A DNA stretch of 32,000 bases from Candidatus Micrarchaeota archaeon (GTDB lineage: Archaea > Micrarchaeota > Micrarchaeia > Burarchaeales > JAKAKT01). The DNA lies in NCBI GenBank assembly GCA_043814255.1, contig JBDRKD010000103.1:6499-38498 (forward strand), given 5' to 3'. The notes beneath the pieces were generated by a model. That model searched no databases and had not been told where the DNA came from. It saw only the letters and a list, made by a program, of their open reading frames with translations. Shown here piece by piece: positions 8,801-15,073 of this stretch. Both the position numbers and the translations under genes were made by a program. Within the stretch, counting starts at the first letter, position 1. The number at the start of each line of letters is the position of its first letter.

Positions 8801-10402
8801 TACTGTTTCAGCGGTCATGAAATTCCAGAAACAAAGCTGCACATCACTTATTGTTGAGCCCCACAGGTTTATTGCGCTCATGTCCCACTTGATTTGCGTT
8901 GCAACCTTCCAGTCCGTGCTATTCTGAATGTAGTTATCCTCAAGGCAGTATCCACTACTGCCATTGAAATGCGCTGTCGGGTCTATCACAATTGGGTAAA
9001 CAGACCTCTCTAACCAGTAAAGCGGCACGGAAACGGCGTAGTACCCCTTCCCAGCCCTCTCTGTCAGCTCAGCATCAAGCTCAATAACATCCGGATACCC
9101 AACTTCCTCTCCATCAACCAGTGCCTTTGCCGAATCCCTTGCATCAGCAGGGGCGAAAGAATATGCAACGCTTCCATCCCCACTAACGAAATCAATCCAC
9201 TCCTTGCTCTTCTCACCCACCCCCACGCTAGGCTCCAACCCCCTGTAATCAATCTGGGAGACAAAGTATATCTCAGCATCTTCATTAAGTGCAAGGCCTG
9301 AAACAAGCGTCTTGAACTCCTCCTTCAGCATCAACTTCTCCTTCAGCAGGCCCTCCTGGTAATAGTACTCAACATCAACGCCGGTGAACACATCCCCGTA
9401 CACAACCGAATTCCTGTTCGGTATCCCAACCGAATCAGATGCGACCTGTATGTACCTGTACTGCTCCCCATCGTGATACGCGATTCCGAACGGCCTCATC
9501 TTCAGCTCGTTCCCACCAGCCACAGCAAGCACAGGCCAATCGTCATTCACCTCGCTCTTGAAATAGGTGTTGTAATCCCCCTCCCCAACTAACCTATAAT
9601 CATCAGCATACATACCCTCCGTTCTCCCAATACTAATCAGGGTCTTGTCTATCGGAACGTATTCCTCCCCGTTCCACCAGTTCACCGGAGTTGCGTAGAT
9701 TATCCTGCTTGTGCTCCCGTCAGGGTTCAGTACATCGTCCCAGCTCTCCCCCCTCCCCAACGCATCCTCCACTTTCGTCAGCTTCTCCGCAGCACAGACG
9801 CTTGCGTACCTCCCCCCAAGAATAAGCGACCCATATGGGGAATAGACAGTCATGTTCCACGTCCCATTTGAACAGGGGGTGACATTGTACCTCAGCATGA
9901 ATGACCTGTTCGTCCTCTCCCTGAACGAGAAGTGACCGGGATCAACAGGAATCCATCTATAAACATTTTGCTGCCTCCTCACAATTTTCCCATCCTCCTC
10001 CACAACAGAGACTAGGGAGTTCGAGAAATAGGATTGCCAGAGCGTGATGCCCCGGGCATCCCCGCTGAATTGATGGTGGAATTCAACTTCGAAATCATGT
10101 ATCTGCCCGGCCTCATTCTTGATGAGTATCTGCGTTTCACATACGCCCACACTTGAGCAGGCGGTCCCTTTCTCGTATGATGCAGTGAACCCGGACTGCT
10201 TGTCAAGGAATTTTGCAGATGATTCCAGTTTCACGTTGTCAACAGCCTCATCAACAGGGTACTCAACATACTCATCTATATTGAATTTGAACATCGTTGT
10301 TTGTGTTGGGAAGGCGATATTGCATAGAAGGAGCACCACCAGCACAGACTTAACAGTAACCGCGCAGCTAGGACTGGACCACATTATCACAGTTCTTTTC
10401 AT
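1..10402 (-). CDS. Giant secreted surface protein. N-terminus is complete and the C-terminus runs off the left window edge (at least 3467 codons). Order: signal peptide, YPxxIDPT/DNRLRE-like beta-sandwich region, parallel beta-helix module A1, Ig-like spacer, LamG lectin domain, then beta-helix modules A2, B1, A3, B2 separated by spacers.
   Basis: The ATG at 10402 is directly preceded by an in-frame TGA (10403..10405, the stop that ends track ORF 10403..10708). The N-terminus reads MKRTVIMWSSPSCAVTVKSVLVVLLLCNIAFP. I checked the frame by hand at 10400, 10013, 8456, 5879, 4256, 2786, 1043 and 2; the lowest codon coordinate is always 2 mod 3. The track lists no minus ORF in this frame, which fits an ORF with no stop inside the window. 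Each beta-helix module opens with a CG(T/V)IT..(T/S)TL...L...G.C motif (starts near 8431, 5881, 4258, 2788, 1045). The A modules have repeated GG.G.AYGIY...N..(V/I)(T/S) coils. Confidence 0.85.
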   Translation of the reverse strand, partial: MKRTVIMWSSPSCAVTVKSVLVVLLLCNIAFPTQTTMFKFNIDEYVEYPVDEAVDNVKLESSAKFLDKQSGFTASYEKGTACSSVGVCETQILIKNEAGQIHDFEVEFHHQFSGDARGITLWQSYFSNSLVSVVEEDGKIVRRQQNVYRWIPVDPGHFSFRERTNRSFMLRYNVTPCSNGTWNMTVYSPYGSLILGGRYASVCAAEKLTKVEDALGRGESWDDVLNPDGSTSRIIYATPVNWWNGEEYVPIDKTLISIGRTEGMYADDYRLVGEGDYNTYFKSEVNDDWPVLAVAGGNELKMRPFGIAYHDGEQYRYIQVASDSVGIPNRNSVVYGDVFTGVDVEYYYQEGLLKEKLMLKEEFKTLVSGLALNEDAEIYFVSQIDYRGLEPSVGVGEKSKEWIDFVSGDGSVAYSFAPADARDSAKALVDGEEVGYPDVIELDAELTERAGKGYYAVSVPLYWLERSVYPIVIDPTAHFNGSSGYCLEDNYIQNSTDWKVATQIKWDMSAINLWGSTISDVQLCFWNFMTAETVDDDANFSRVANQTWTESTVAEEFEDMPLTDENTSQVFSTNETDDWWCINVTQPFLTDFNAGNANLSIRIEDPDYPFLGGDGRTSSPLYIGDMLAPSNYIGWRECDYSTQSQRPYMNVTYTGPGCGTITGDTTLQSDLVTTGDCFTIGANGITLDCQGYTIFGDAGNGDYGIIVPSTRDSITIKNCVISGFQAGIYWSNADNSFVYNVTIMNSTMGNSGAAGATGYDAYGIYINTQYSDYNLFENITINEIHGGDGASGGTTTTGGLGGDGWGMDLIYARYSNFTNITIANISGGDGGIGGSDRGVAYNGGNGEIVYGIYTSSSSSNTLHNVSLSNITAGSGGNGGAALLGGTNGGLGDHAYIYTTGFTELYNINVDGVYGGDGGTGSGTGVGNNGGYAYGLYGSGTDYKNVSVRDVVGGAGGDGGSSIGAGGDGGDGRRAHGIYSTASNLDFKNTSVRDVMGGTGGSGGTGTPAGADGSDGDAWGWQAGHYAIIENFTIDNVTSGGSALASGFYTGGYDYWNVSNGSVTNAEDYEFWFTASSINHILLNASTDVAFSAGANASIKWYVRLNVTAIGGIPVNGAECNISDSTDRVEMSMNTTDADGLTGYVESAESDLGPGTEIPFNNHTINVSYSGTSSTTSFNVSDACYTINITLDVDLTEPSIVWEYPTPDNGSTVQVPTVYLNTTITDDSETSAFFDWNYSLLAYWPMDFYSASGIYDNSTNSNFGTFEGGLDTDDIVSGVRGNALYFDGGYSNDYVDIPNDILPDANEFSIIGWVYPLGENDVEVSAADEQLLVDLRGQYQTFVEWTEADFVDGIAHPEAIRFTTWNSVNSSVNIYSSDYSAPVNEWTHFAAVFNGTGLSLYVNGSLEATGTQGGAPDSIGGSESLLGKDYNLGSDRTWLNGSLDEIAIFSRALSAEEVLAAYNNSANRLQNEFTSLGEGTYDYFAYAMDAGGNLNITENRSVTVDLVDCGTITENSTLAQNLTTTGDCIVFDADDIYLDCNGYTIRGDGGTGDYGIDTDYHNRTTIRNCIVADFQVPIYVRYSYNTTINNNTLTYDAGGTGTYGRYGLWVLGYSGNNITNNVIHNLTSVASTTTAGGVYGIILSTGAGNNTIQYNIIANLSGGDGNVGGDYAGADVTGIYSTANNTIKENVVTNLVAGNGGIGLGGASPDQGGVGGDAYGIQLNAIYPANWIVRNNVSTITAGAGGKPGSHTDGGGLTGNDGGNAYGIYLKGGGNYNLENNVTNATGGDGSDGGDCSDLFCFGGVGGNGGEGYLLYALDGSNSIESDYLKEAIGGDRGLGGVGDLGGLAGCYGGAYGIYIESGTYDAYDNVTVDYITQLGSGACAIANLDYAYGIGFVGGGHNFTNSTVDHVEDYDIYPNGGQNSTFLNCSIDYNSIDWDTTTTENFTIKWYLQVNVTNISGDGISADVEVTDNFSVRRLSETVDAGGLSSIAIVNEKDVTQVTGSYNNYSYNVHTVNVTNGTSTNESTVNITTNTVVNVTLYAAAESECGTITEDATLINDIYSYGTTCITIGADDIMLDCSGHTITGNNTIYAYAIEAQGRQNVIIRNCRINNFSQSIVVNESQGVNVYNNTVYDSYFYANGVTYDVIGLYILDSNYTNVTNHTDWNFTMTAINPPSGGKARGIYMNAVDHLIITNYTGENHTGESDSGRSISSIGHGIDSLSLSNASIDTVNVTSMTGGYGIGILADPAIYMNISVQNLIANKTGTGLYLLCSANADGILVDNASSGGITAGRPHINVTNFNVTCAESTCIQSGVGVNEDNITLENGRIENFTYGIKFSSSGVQGLFKNITINDTTRGLDFGGGASENKFYNVTFDWSQYGVNFQSGNDENNFTDCIFYTSSVTTAMLYVGSGTNDNIFLNTTGNYSNVTFIATSDFLVQWYARVNVTDSGGTGIENVVVDITDINGNFGMQDNLTDSDGLTNYIVVNDTNYTSAGNTSFNNHTINASLGGYIANSTSFKMTNASQTINLTLYAIDCGVITQDTTLGADLTTTGDCIVFGADDITLNCMGYTIRGDGGEGDIGVDTNDTDGVFIRNCIVADFQHDVYINQSYNVTVDNNTLTYDAGGTGTYNRSGLYVDGYTGHNITSNIIHNITSVRATDTAGTAYGTYMNSSSNNNTLEYNVIVNITSGSGAAGGTNAGADVYAIYSIGNNTIKKNNITNIVGGNGGAGTTGATATAGGIGGVAYGMYINSATNWLIENNVSIVGGGDAGNAGDDTSGNGPSGVNGGDAYGIYLAGGSSYYNYNNVSRIASGNGGDGGNGAGALSSGGNGGDGGTAYGVYLGDGSNTGWNNNVTNVTSGDGGNGGDAVDLGGVGGDSGDVYLLYVVGGTNDVDSDYLSYAASGDDGAGGSGDVMGFNGCAGDSHGIYLTGASNNVFGNVTIDVVDVGSQVLCFPAGAMGDAYGIEFSGGAHNFTNTTVSNVNDYDLYPNDGQNSTFLNCSIDWASIDWDGTSTENFTIKWYLRVNVTNISGDGISADVNVTDIYSNSILSETIGAGGLSSVVAAGDVNVENTGGGQTNYSWNNHTVIASNATASNTTSVNITTNTVVNLTLYDPTCGTITQDTTLVSDLQSYGSTCITIGADDIMLDCGGHTITGNNTRYAYAIDTQGRQNILIRNCRINNFSTSIMVNVSLGVDIYNNTVYDSYLYADGYSDHSVGVYVLNSNYTNVTNHTDWNLSAEGAGATPNGGFGYGVSVNWGDHLIVRNYTGENHSGESDSGRSMLYRSYGIQLSGVSNFSGVDLNITNMSGSGYAIRVTSSSCKSNVSFENVIVQNGYGGTYFECPANVTGLSVDNASDYATSIDSVDVNLTNFNITCSGADCSYALFLDSNGTYENGRIMNVTRGIFVSPSGTGNLFKNITMNDTVYGVYTASGASNNRFYNITSDWANYSIYSSGGDACNFTDS
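6010..6710 (-). other. LamG / concanavalin-A-like lectin domain (Laminin_G_3 type) within the giant protein
   Basis: Hand translation gives LLAYWPMDF...GNALYFDGGYSNDYVDIP...EFSIIGWVYP...WTHFAAVFNGTGLSLYVNGSL...WLNGSLDEIAIFSRALSAEEVLAAY. This is the canonical LamG_3 strand pattern, ending in the DE(I/V).I..RALS..E(I/V) motif. Confidence 0.75.
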
Positions 10403-10427
10403 TCAGGTCGCACTACGAATCAGCCGT

Positions 10428-10443
10428 CTATAATATAAATACA
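10428..10443. promoter_or_regulatory. Shared AT-rich TATA block for the divergent giant gene (ATG 10402) and nnr gene (ATG 10462)
   Basis: The block ctataatataaataca sits in a 59-nt intergenic gap. Read on plus, atataaat is centred about 26 nt before 10462. Read on minus, tttatatt is centred about 33 nt before 10402. Both spacings imply leaderless or very short-leader mRNAs. Confidence 0.45.
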
Positions 10444-10461
10444 TTTTGGTATATCCGTTCC

Positions 10462-11304
10462 ATGGAAAACGAGATAAAAGCAAGGGGAATAATAAAGCGC
10501 AGGCACCCCCGCTCAAGAAAAGGGGAGAACGGGAGGCTCGTTGTGATTGGCGGAAGCACCCGCTATTACGGCGCACCGGCACTCGTCTCCCTTGCCGCAA
10601 TGAGGGTTGGGGCAGATCTTGTGTATACGCTTGTTCCTGAAAGAATCGCCCCAACAGTCGCATCCTACTCTCCAGACCTGATAGTCTGGGGCTATTCTGG
10701 CGATTCACTCAACCCGTCAATCTACCCATTCGTGAAGGAGTTATCCCTGAAGGCAGATTCACTGGTCATAGGCAACGGCCTCACGCGCGAGCACGATGTC
10801 AAGAAAACAGCACAGCGAGTCGTCAACTCCTGGGAGAAGCCCATTGTATTGGATGCAGACGCCATAGGAGCGCTGGAGACACCCGAAGGAAGAACAGTGT
10901 ACACGCCACATGACAATGAGTTCCTCAGGCTTACAGGAAAATGCCCGCCTGACTCAATTATAGAGAGAACAAGCATAGTGAAGCACGAAGCCAGAAAGAT
11001 AGGGGCAACAATACTGCTCAAGGGGGCAATCGACGTCATTTCTGATGGGGAGAGGACGCACACAAACAGAACTGGGAACGCAGCCATGACATGCGGCGGG
11101 ACAGGAGATGTGCTCGCAGGCATAGTGGGCGCATTCCTCTCACAAGGTTATTCGCCATTCGATGCAGCCCGTATAGGTGCGTATGTCAATGGCCTTGCAG
11201 GTGACATCGCGTATGACAGGTTTGGGTACTCGATGCGGGCAACAGACGTGCTTGATACAATGCCATCCGCAATACAGAGGATACATGGCAGAAGCCAGAA
11301 ATGA
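10462..11304 (+). CDS. nnrD: ADP-dependent NAD(P)H-hydrate dehydratase (YjeF C-terminal / carbohydrate kinase family)
   Basis: 280-aa ORF. It has KGENGRLVVIGGSTRYYGAPALVSLAAMRVGADLV near the N-terminus and a GGTGDVLAG motif near the C-terminus. Both are typical of this family. Confidence 0.85.
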   Translation: MENEIKARGIIKRRHPRSRKGENGRLVVIGGSTRYYGAPALVSLAAMRVGADLVYTLVPERIAPTVASYSPDLIVWGYSGDSLNPSIYPFVKELSLKADSLVIGNGLTREHDVKKTAQRVVNSWEKPIVLDADAIGALETPEGRTVYTPHDNEFLRLTGKCPPDSIIERTSIVKHEARKIGATILLKGAIDVISDGERTHTNRTGNAAMTCGGTGDVLAGIVGAFLSQGYSPFDAARIGAYVNGLAGDIAYDRFGYSMRATDVLDTMPSAIQRIHGRSQK

Positions 11305-11348
11305 CATCACACATATAATACCAGTCGACGATAAACAATGGGATTCAG

Positions 11349-12290
11349 ATGAGGGTAACCCTGTTCGCGTTTGTTTTGCTTTCTGCGCACATCATAACTG
11401 CCTACGAGATAGGCGATATCAGGGAATTTGATTCAAGCGGGTTCTCAGAATATCCTGAAATAGAAGGGATCAGGCAAGACCTCCTGCTCTCGTTCTATTC
11501 TGTTGGCAGGGACAACCTGCCCCCAGGTTTCCCGGAATTTGCTGGCGCATCAGTTATCTTCATGACGCAGTTTGGGAAGGCCTATGACCTATCCTCCTCC
11601 GGAGAACAAACAGACCTCCTGCGCCTTCCGGAAACCCTAACGGATTTATCCTCATCTCTCCAGCGGATGGAAGGCCTTTCAAGGGACGAGATACTGCTCT
11701 CAAAACACAGCGCGTATCTGGCCAGGTCGTTGTTCGATAGGTATGTCCATGACGAAGCCCGGAAACTTAGGGGACTTGCGGAATCAGAGGCGCGTACGGC
11801 GCGGAAACTAGAATATTACCTAGCGGCCTCAGAACTCTTCGAGCGTTCTGGGGACAAGGTCAGCTCATCCGAGATGAGGGCGACATATGACAGCATAAAG
11901 GCAGCCTATGATGCAGACCTCGAGTCAGCGGATGCTATGTTTACTCAGGGGAAAACAACATGCAATGATGCAATTGAGGACATGGGGGCATGGTTCGGCC
12001 TTCCGGCGTATGCCCGTCTCAGGGAATGCACAGCAACCCTTTTCTCTGCCAGGGGAACATATGTTTCCCATCTGGAATACGAACGTATTGAGCAGTTGGA
12101 TTCGCATATGCTGGCAGCCACCGACACAATGGAAAAGCTCTCAGGCAGCGTGATGGTCCTTTTCGTTTTCGGTTCCATCCTGTTCATATCAATCAACGTC
12201 TTTCTCATATCCAGATTCAGAAGATGGCATGAGGACATCTATGATACATCACTAGGTACAGAGGTGCTCAGTTGGAAAGGAAACTCCTGA
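11349..12290 (+). CDS. Secreted, C-terminally membrane-anchored helical protein of unknown function
   Basis: 313 aa. Signal-like N-terminus MRVTLFAFVLLSAHIITA. The body is rich in Ala, Glu and Arg and looks helical. C-terminal TM VMVLFVFGSILFISINVFLI is followed by RFRRW. A TATA-like acatataata lies about 30 nt upstream of the ATG. Confidence 0.7.
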   Translation: MRVTLFAFVLLSAHIITAYEIGDIREFDSSGFSEYPEIEGIRQDLLLSFYSVGRDNLPPGFPEFAGASVIFMTQFGKAYDLSSSGEQTDLLRLPETLTDLSSSLQRMEGLSRDEILLSKHSAYLARSLFDRYVHDEARKLRGLAESEARTARKLEYYLAASELFERSGDKVSSSEMRATYDSIKAAYDADLESADAMFTQGKTTCNDAIEDMGAWFGLPAYARLRECTATLFSARGTYVSHLEYERIEQLDSHMLAATDTMEKLSGSVMVLFVFGSILFISINVFLISRFRRWHEDIYDTSLGTEVLSWKGNS

Positions 12291-14563
12291 TATTATCCAT
12301 AATCATTATGGCATCTTGCATTTCCCATGGCCAGATTGTGGTTGGAGAGGTACTGACCTATCCCGCCCTAGTAGTCGAATCAACCGAGAATGTTACTCTC
12401 TCATGGGGGACAAACGACCTTGCGCTCAGTTCAATCAACTGCACAGGCCCGGGAGTGGAGACATACCACGTTCAAGTCGAGACCGAGCCAACAGCGAACC
12501 ACGCATTCTTCCTGGAGACCAATTTCACAGGTGAAGGAATACTGGCATGCACAATCGTCACGTTCCCAATCAATGGGACATCAGTCACAAGGGACTACGA
12601 AATCCCCATCCATTGCGAAGGCGTCAGGCTGGAGCTTCTGAATCCATCAGTACGGGTAGCAGCTTATTTCACAAGGCCAAAAGGGACAGGGCATTATATG
12701 CTGAATACAACGATAAAAGTCAGGAACGCATGTGTTGGTCTGGCGATAGTTTCTGTATCATCGACCCCGCCAGGCGGGATGCAGATGGCCGTGAAGGCAG
12801 ACGACATCTACGGCCTCAATGTTAAGGACATGCCAGTGACGATAACAGTACCTGATTCAATGGATGAGGGAGTTTACCAGGGAACAGTGCGCTTTAGTGC
12901 AAACGGCAGTACCACTACATCGCTGGTAAACATTTCAGTCCATTGGCCAGGTCCAACAATCAGGGCGAAAATCGGCAAGGGTCCATCTGACATCAACCCA
13001 CTTGGGAACGTCAGGTCCGGAACGGATGTGGTGGAATACGTGGAGATTGAGGAAACAATGGGGTATAATGCCGCGAAGGATGTGGTATGTTCTGTGAAGT
13101 TCCAGGATAGGAACCAGGAACAGCAGGCAATAAGCATCGGTACAGTTAATCCATTTGGGAATGGGCGATGCTCATTTACAATGAACTTCCCAGACAGGAA
13201 TGTCCGCATAGGGAACTATTCCGTGTGGATAGCAATAACATCCAACAATTCAGGTGACCTCAACCTGGTGACAAATTACACAATACCTGTACCATACATC
13301 CTGTTTGCACCAACAACAATAGACCTTGGGAAGCTCACGTTCGATTCGGGAAAGGATTCGTCGAATTCAATCCTGACAATCATAGAGAACGGCGGGTTCA
13401 CCCCTATAGAGAACTTGAAATTCGAGCTTCTTGGCGGGAGTGAAGGATGGATATCCCTTCCATCATGCTACTATGTCCCACCAGGCGGAAGAATTAACTG
13501 CACGTTCAAGATATCGCTCAGCGATAATGCGAGCATAGGGCCGAAGGAATGGGTGATAGGCATAAGTTCAGAGTATATTCAGCCTGTTGAGCTTACAGCA
13601 AAGGTCGAAGTCTACTTCATAGGTGTCGAGGATGCTATCGCAACATTGGAGGCAATGTCTGTTTATTCCATAATGGACCAATTCATACAAGCGGAGACGG
13701 TGAAAACAAACACTGTAATGATGCTCGAGGGAATAAAAGAGAGTGATATCTCAATGGAGGACACTGCAATCATACTCTCAATGTATGGGGGCGTCGAGTC
13801 TCTGCTTGCCCAGACCGAAAGGGCCCGTGGAAATTTCTCATCAGGAGACCACCTTGGTGCTGGAAGGAACCTTCTTGTTTCCAGTATGGCACTCGAGAAG
13901 ATATCCTCCACTTACCGCTCCACAAAAGGGAACAGAACAGGTGCGTTACGTGATTTGGGAGAGGTCTACACCGCGAGCGCCTCCCTGTGGTCCGCCTCAT
14001 CCGAAGATGTTCTCAAGGTGCTTGAAGCCGAGGCAGTAGCAAGCGAGAAGGTCAGTTACAGGAGGGCAGCAGAGTATTACTCCCTGCTTGCAGACATATA
14101 CTGGCAGAGCAATGAAGACAAGTCCAAGGCGTTCTCACATAAGGCAGATACCCTGGGGAGTTTCTATTCAGACTCTGTCATAAGGGCTGGTGAAATCAAG
14201 CGCAATGCAGACAGGCTGTTCTCAATGGCACGCGAAGGGACAATCGAAGCCAGCGGGATGCACATAGTAATCAACCCATTCTCATATGACCGAACAATTG
14301 AAAACTACAGATTCGCATTGGCGGATTACGAGGCAGCATCCAAGCTTTACAAAAGCGCCGGACAGCAGAACGAGTTGAACATAATCCTCTCAACCCTTAG
14401 TGCAGCTGAGCAGGAATACGAATTCGTGGACAGGATGTTCATCCTTGGAGGGGTGGTCCTTTCGCTATTCCTCGTTCTTGTGATACTGCGCGTGACCGTC
14501 GGGATGCAGCGTTATAGGGAAGATGAGGAGGACATGGAGATAGGGAATGTGATGCTACATTAA
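12272..14563 (+). CDS. Large surface protein with an N-terminal beta-sandwich (CARDB/NEW3-like) region, a helical stalk and a C-terminal TM anchor
   Basis: 763 aa. A TTG start is inferred because it gives the signal-like ERKLLILSIIIMASCISHG; it overlaps the upstream gene by 19 nt. It has strand patterns such as VTITVPDSMDEGVYQGTVRFSANG and many sequons. The C-terminal roughly 250 aa look helical and resemble the 313-aa neighbour (ARKLEYYLAASELFERSG versus SYRRAAEYYSLLADIY). The anchor is MFILGGVVLSLFLVLVILRV followed by an acidic tail. Confidence 0.75.
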   Translation: MERKLLILSIIIMASCISHGQIVVGEVLTYPALVVESTENVTLSWGTNDLALSSINCTGPGVETYHVQVETEPTANHAFFLETNFTGEGILACTIVTFPINGTSVTRDYEIPIHCEGVRLELLNPSVRVAAYFTRPKGTGHYMLNTTIKVRNACVGLAIVSVSSTPPGGMQMAVKADDIYGLNVKDMPVTITVPDSMDEGVYQGTVRFSANGSTTTSLVNISVHWPGPTIRAKIGKGPSDINPLGNVRSGTDVVEYVEIEETMGYNAAKDVVCSVKFQDRNQEQQAISIGTVNPFGNGRCSFTMNFPDRNVRIGNYSVWIAITSNNSGDLNLVTNYTIPVPYILFAPTTIDLGKLTFDSGKDSSNSILTIIENGGFTPIENLKFELLGGSEGWISLPSCYYVPPGGRINCTFKISLSDNASIGPKEWVIGISSEYIQPVELTAKVEVYFIGVEDAIATLEAMSVYSIMDQFIQAETVKTNTVMMLEGIKESDISMEDTAIILSMYGGVESLLAQTERARGNFSSGDHLGAGRNLLVSSMALEKISSTYRSTKGNRTGALRDLGEVYTASASLWSASSEDVLKVLEAEAVASEKVSYRRAAEYYSLLADIYWQSNEDKSKAFSHKADTLGSFYSDSVIRAGEIKRNADRLFSMAREGTIEASGMHIVINPFSYDRTIENYRFALADYEAASKLYKSAGQQNELNIILSTLSAAEQEYEFVDRMFILGGVVLSLFLVLVILRVTVGMQRYREDEEDMEIGNVMLH

Positions 14564-14660
14564 GTATGGAGCGCTCTGTTTTTGAAGTTGGAGCTTTTTC
14601 ATTAAGGTATCTGTATACTTCTTCCGCCTCTGGGGACAAGATAACTCTTACTTTTTTCAT
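14439..14660 (-). pseudogene. Probable decapitated toxin-like (RelE/ParE-style N-terminus) ORF. Only about 33 codons (14562..14660) look genuine; the remainder is antisense read-through into the 3' end of the 763-aa gene.
   Basis: It starts with an ATGA overlap to the upstream small gene. The N-terminus MKKVRVILSPEAEEVYRYLNEKAPTSKTERSIL looks like a real protein. From exactly the stop of the convergent gene (14563) onward the sequence becomes Pro/Ser/Arg-rich and non-protein-like. Confidence 0.35.
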
Positions 14661-14935
14661 ATCTCAAGACCTTTTGCAATCGCATTCCTAAGGTTAGGAT
14701 TGGGGCAGTGTATCCAAGTTATGCCGCTTATGCTTACGGCAATCTTGTTGCTCTCCTCCAGATAAAGCAGAATCGCCTTCAAAGTGTTGTGGTTGACTTG
14801 CTTTGGAAGCATTCTCTTCAGTTGCGCTATGGTGACGACGCTGTCCTTTGCCTTCGCAAGAGTGTTTTCCACCATTATCACAGTATTGAGAGTAGGCGCA
14901 TGTGCAAATTTCAATGCTTGGATTCCCTTTGTCAT
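14657..14935 (-). CDS. Small winged-helix-like DNA-binding protein (possible antitoxin or regulator)
   Basis: The track ORF 14657..14944 starts at a GTG. I prefer the ATG at 14935 (MTKGIQALKF...) because a TATA-like agatataa is centred about 27 nt upstream. The segment VTIAQLKRMLPKQVNHNTLKAILLYLEESNKI fits a helix-turn-helix plus wing. It overlaps the downstream toxin-like ORF by 4 nt. Confidence 0.5.
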   Translation of the reverse strand: MTKGIQALKFAHAPTLNTVIMVENTLAKAKDSVVTIAQLKRMLPKQVNHNTLKAILLYLEESNKIAVSISGITWIHCPNPNLRNAIAKGLEI

Positions 14936-15057
14936 AAAAATCACTTTTATTTATTAACTTATATCTTTTTATTATGAATATATACCAATATAAACCTTTC
15001 TCTCGAGCTGCAGAATTTGGCATTCCCTTATCGATTGCCGAGCCGTTCGGTAAGACT

Positions 15058-15073
15058 CTAAAAATAAAAAACG
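15058..15073 (-). terminator. Oligo-T termination signal downstream of tRNA-Leu
   Basis: The minus strand reads CGTTTTTTATTTTTAG immediately after the discriminator base. Archaeal RNA polymerase terminates at oligo-T tracts. Confidence 0.4.

Noticed and set aside
10403-11123. Minus-strand ORFs 10403..10708 and 10722..11123 (101 and 133 aa)
   Set aside because: They are antisense to the well-supported nnrD gene and have Arg/Ser/Pro-rich composition. The only use of 10403..10708 is that its stop codon fixes the start of the giant gene at 10402.
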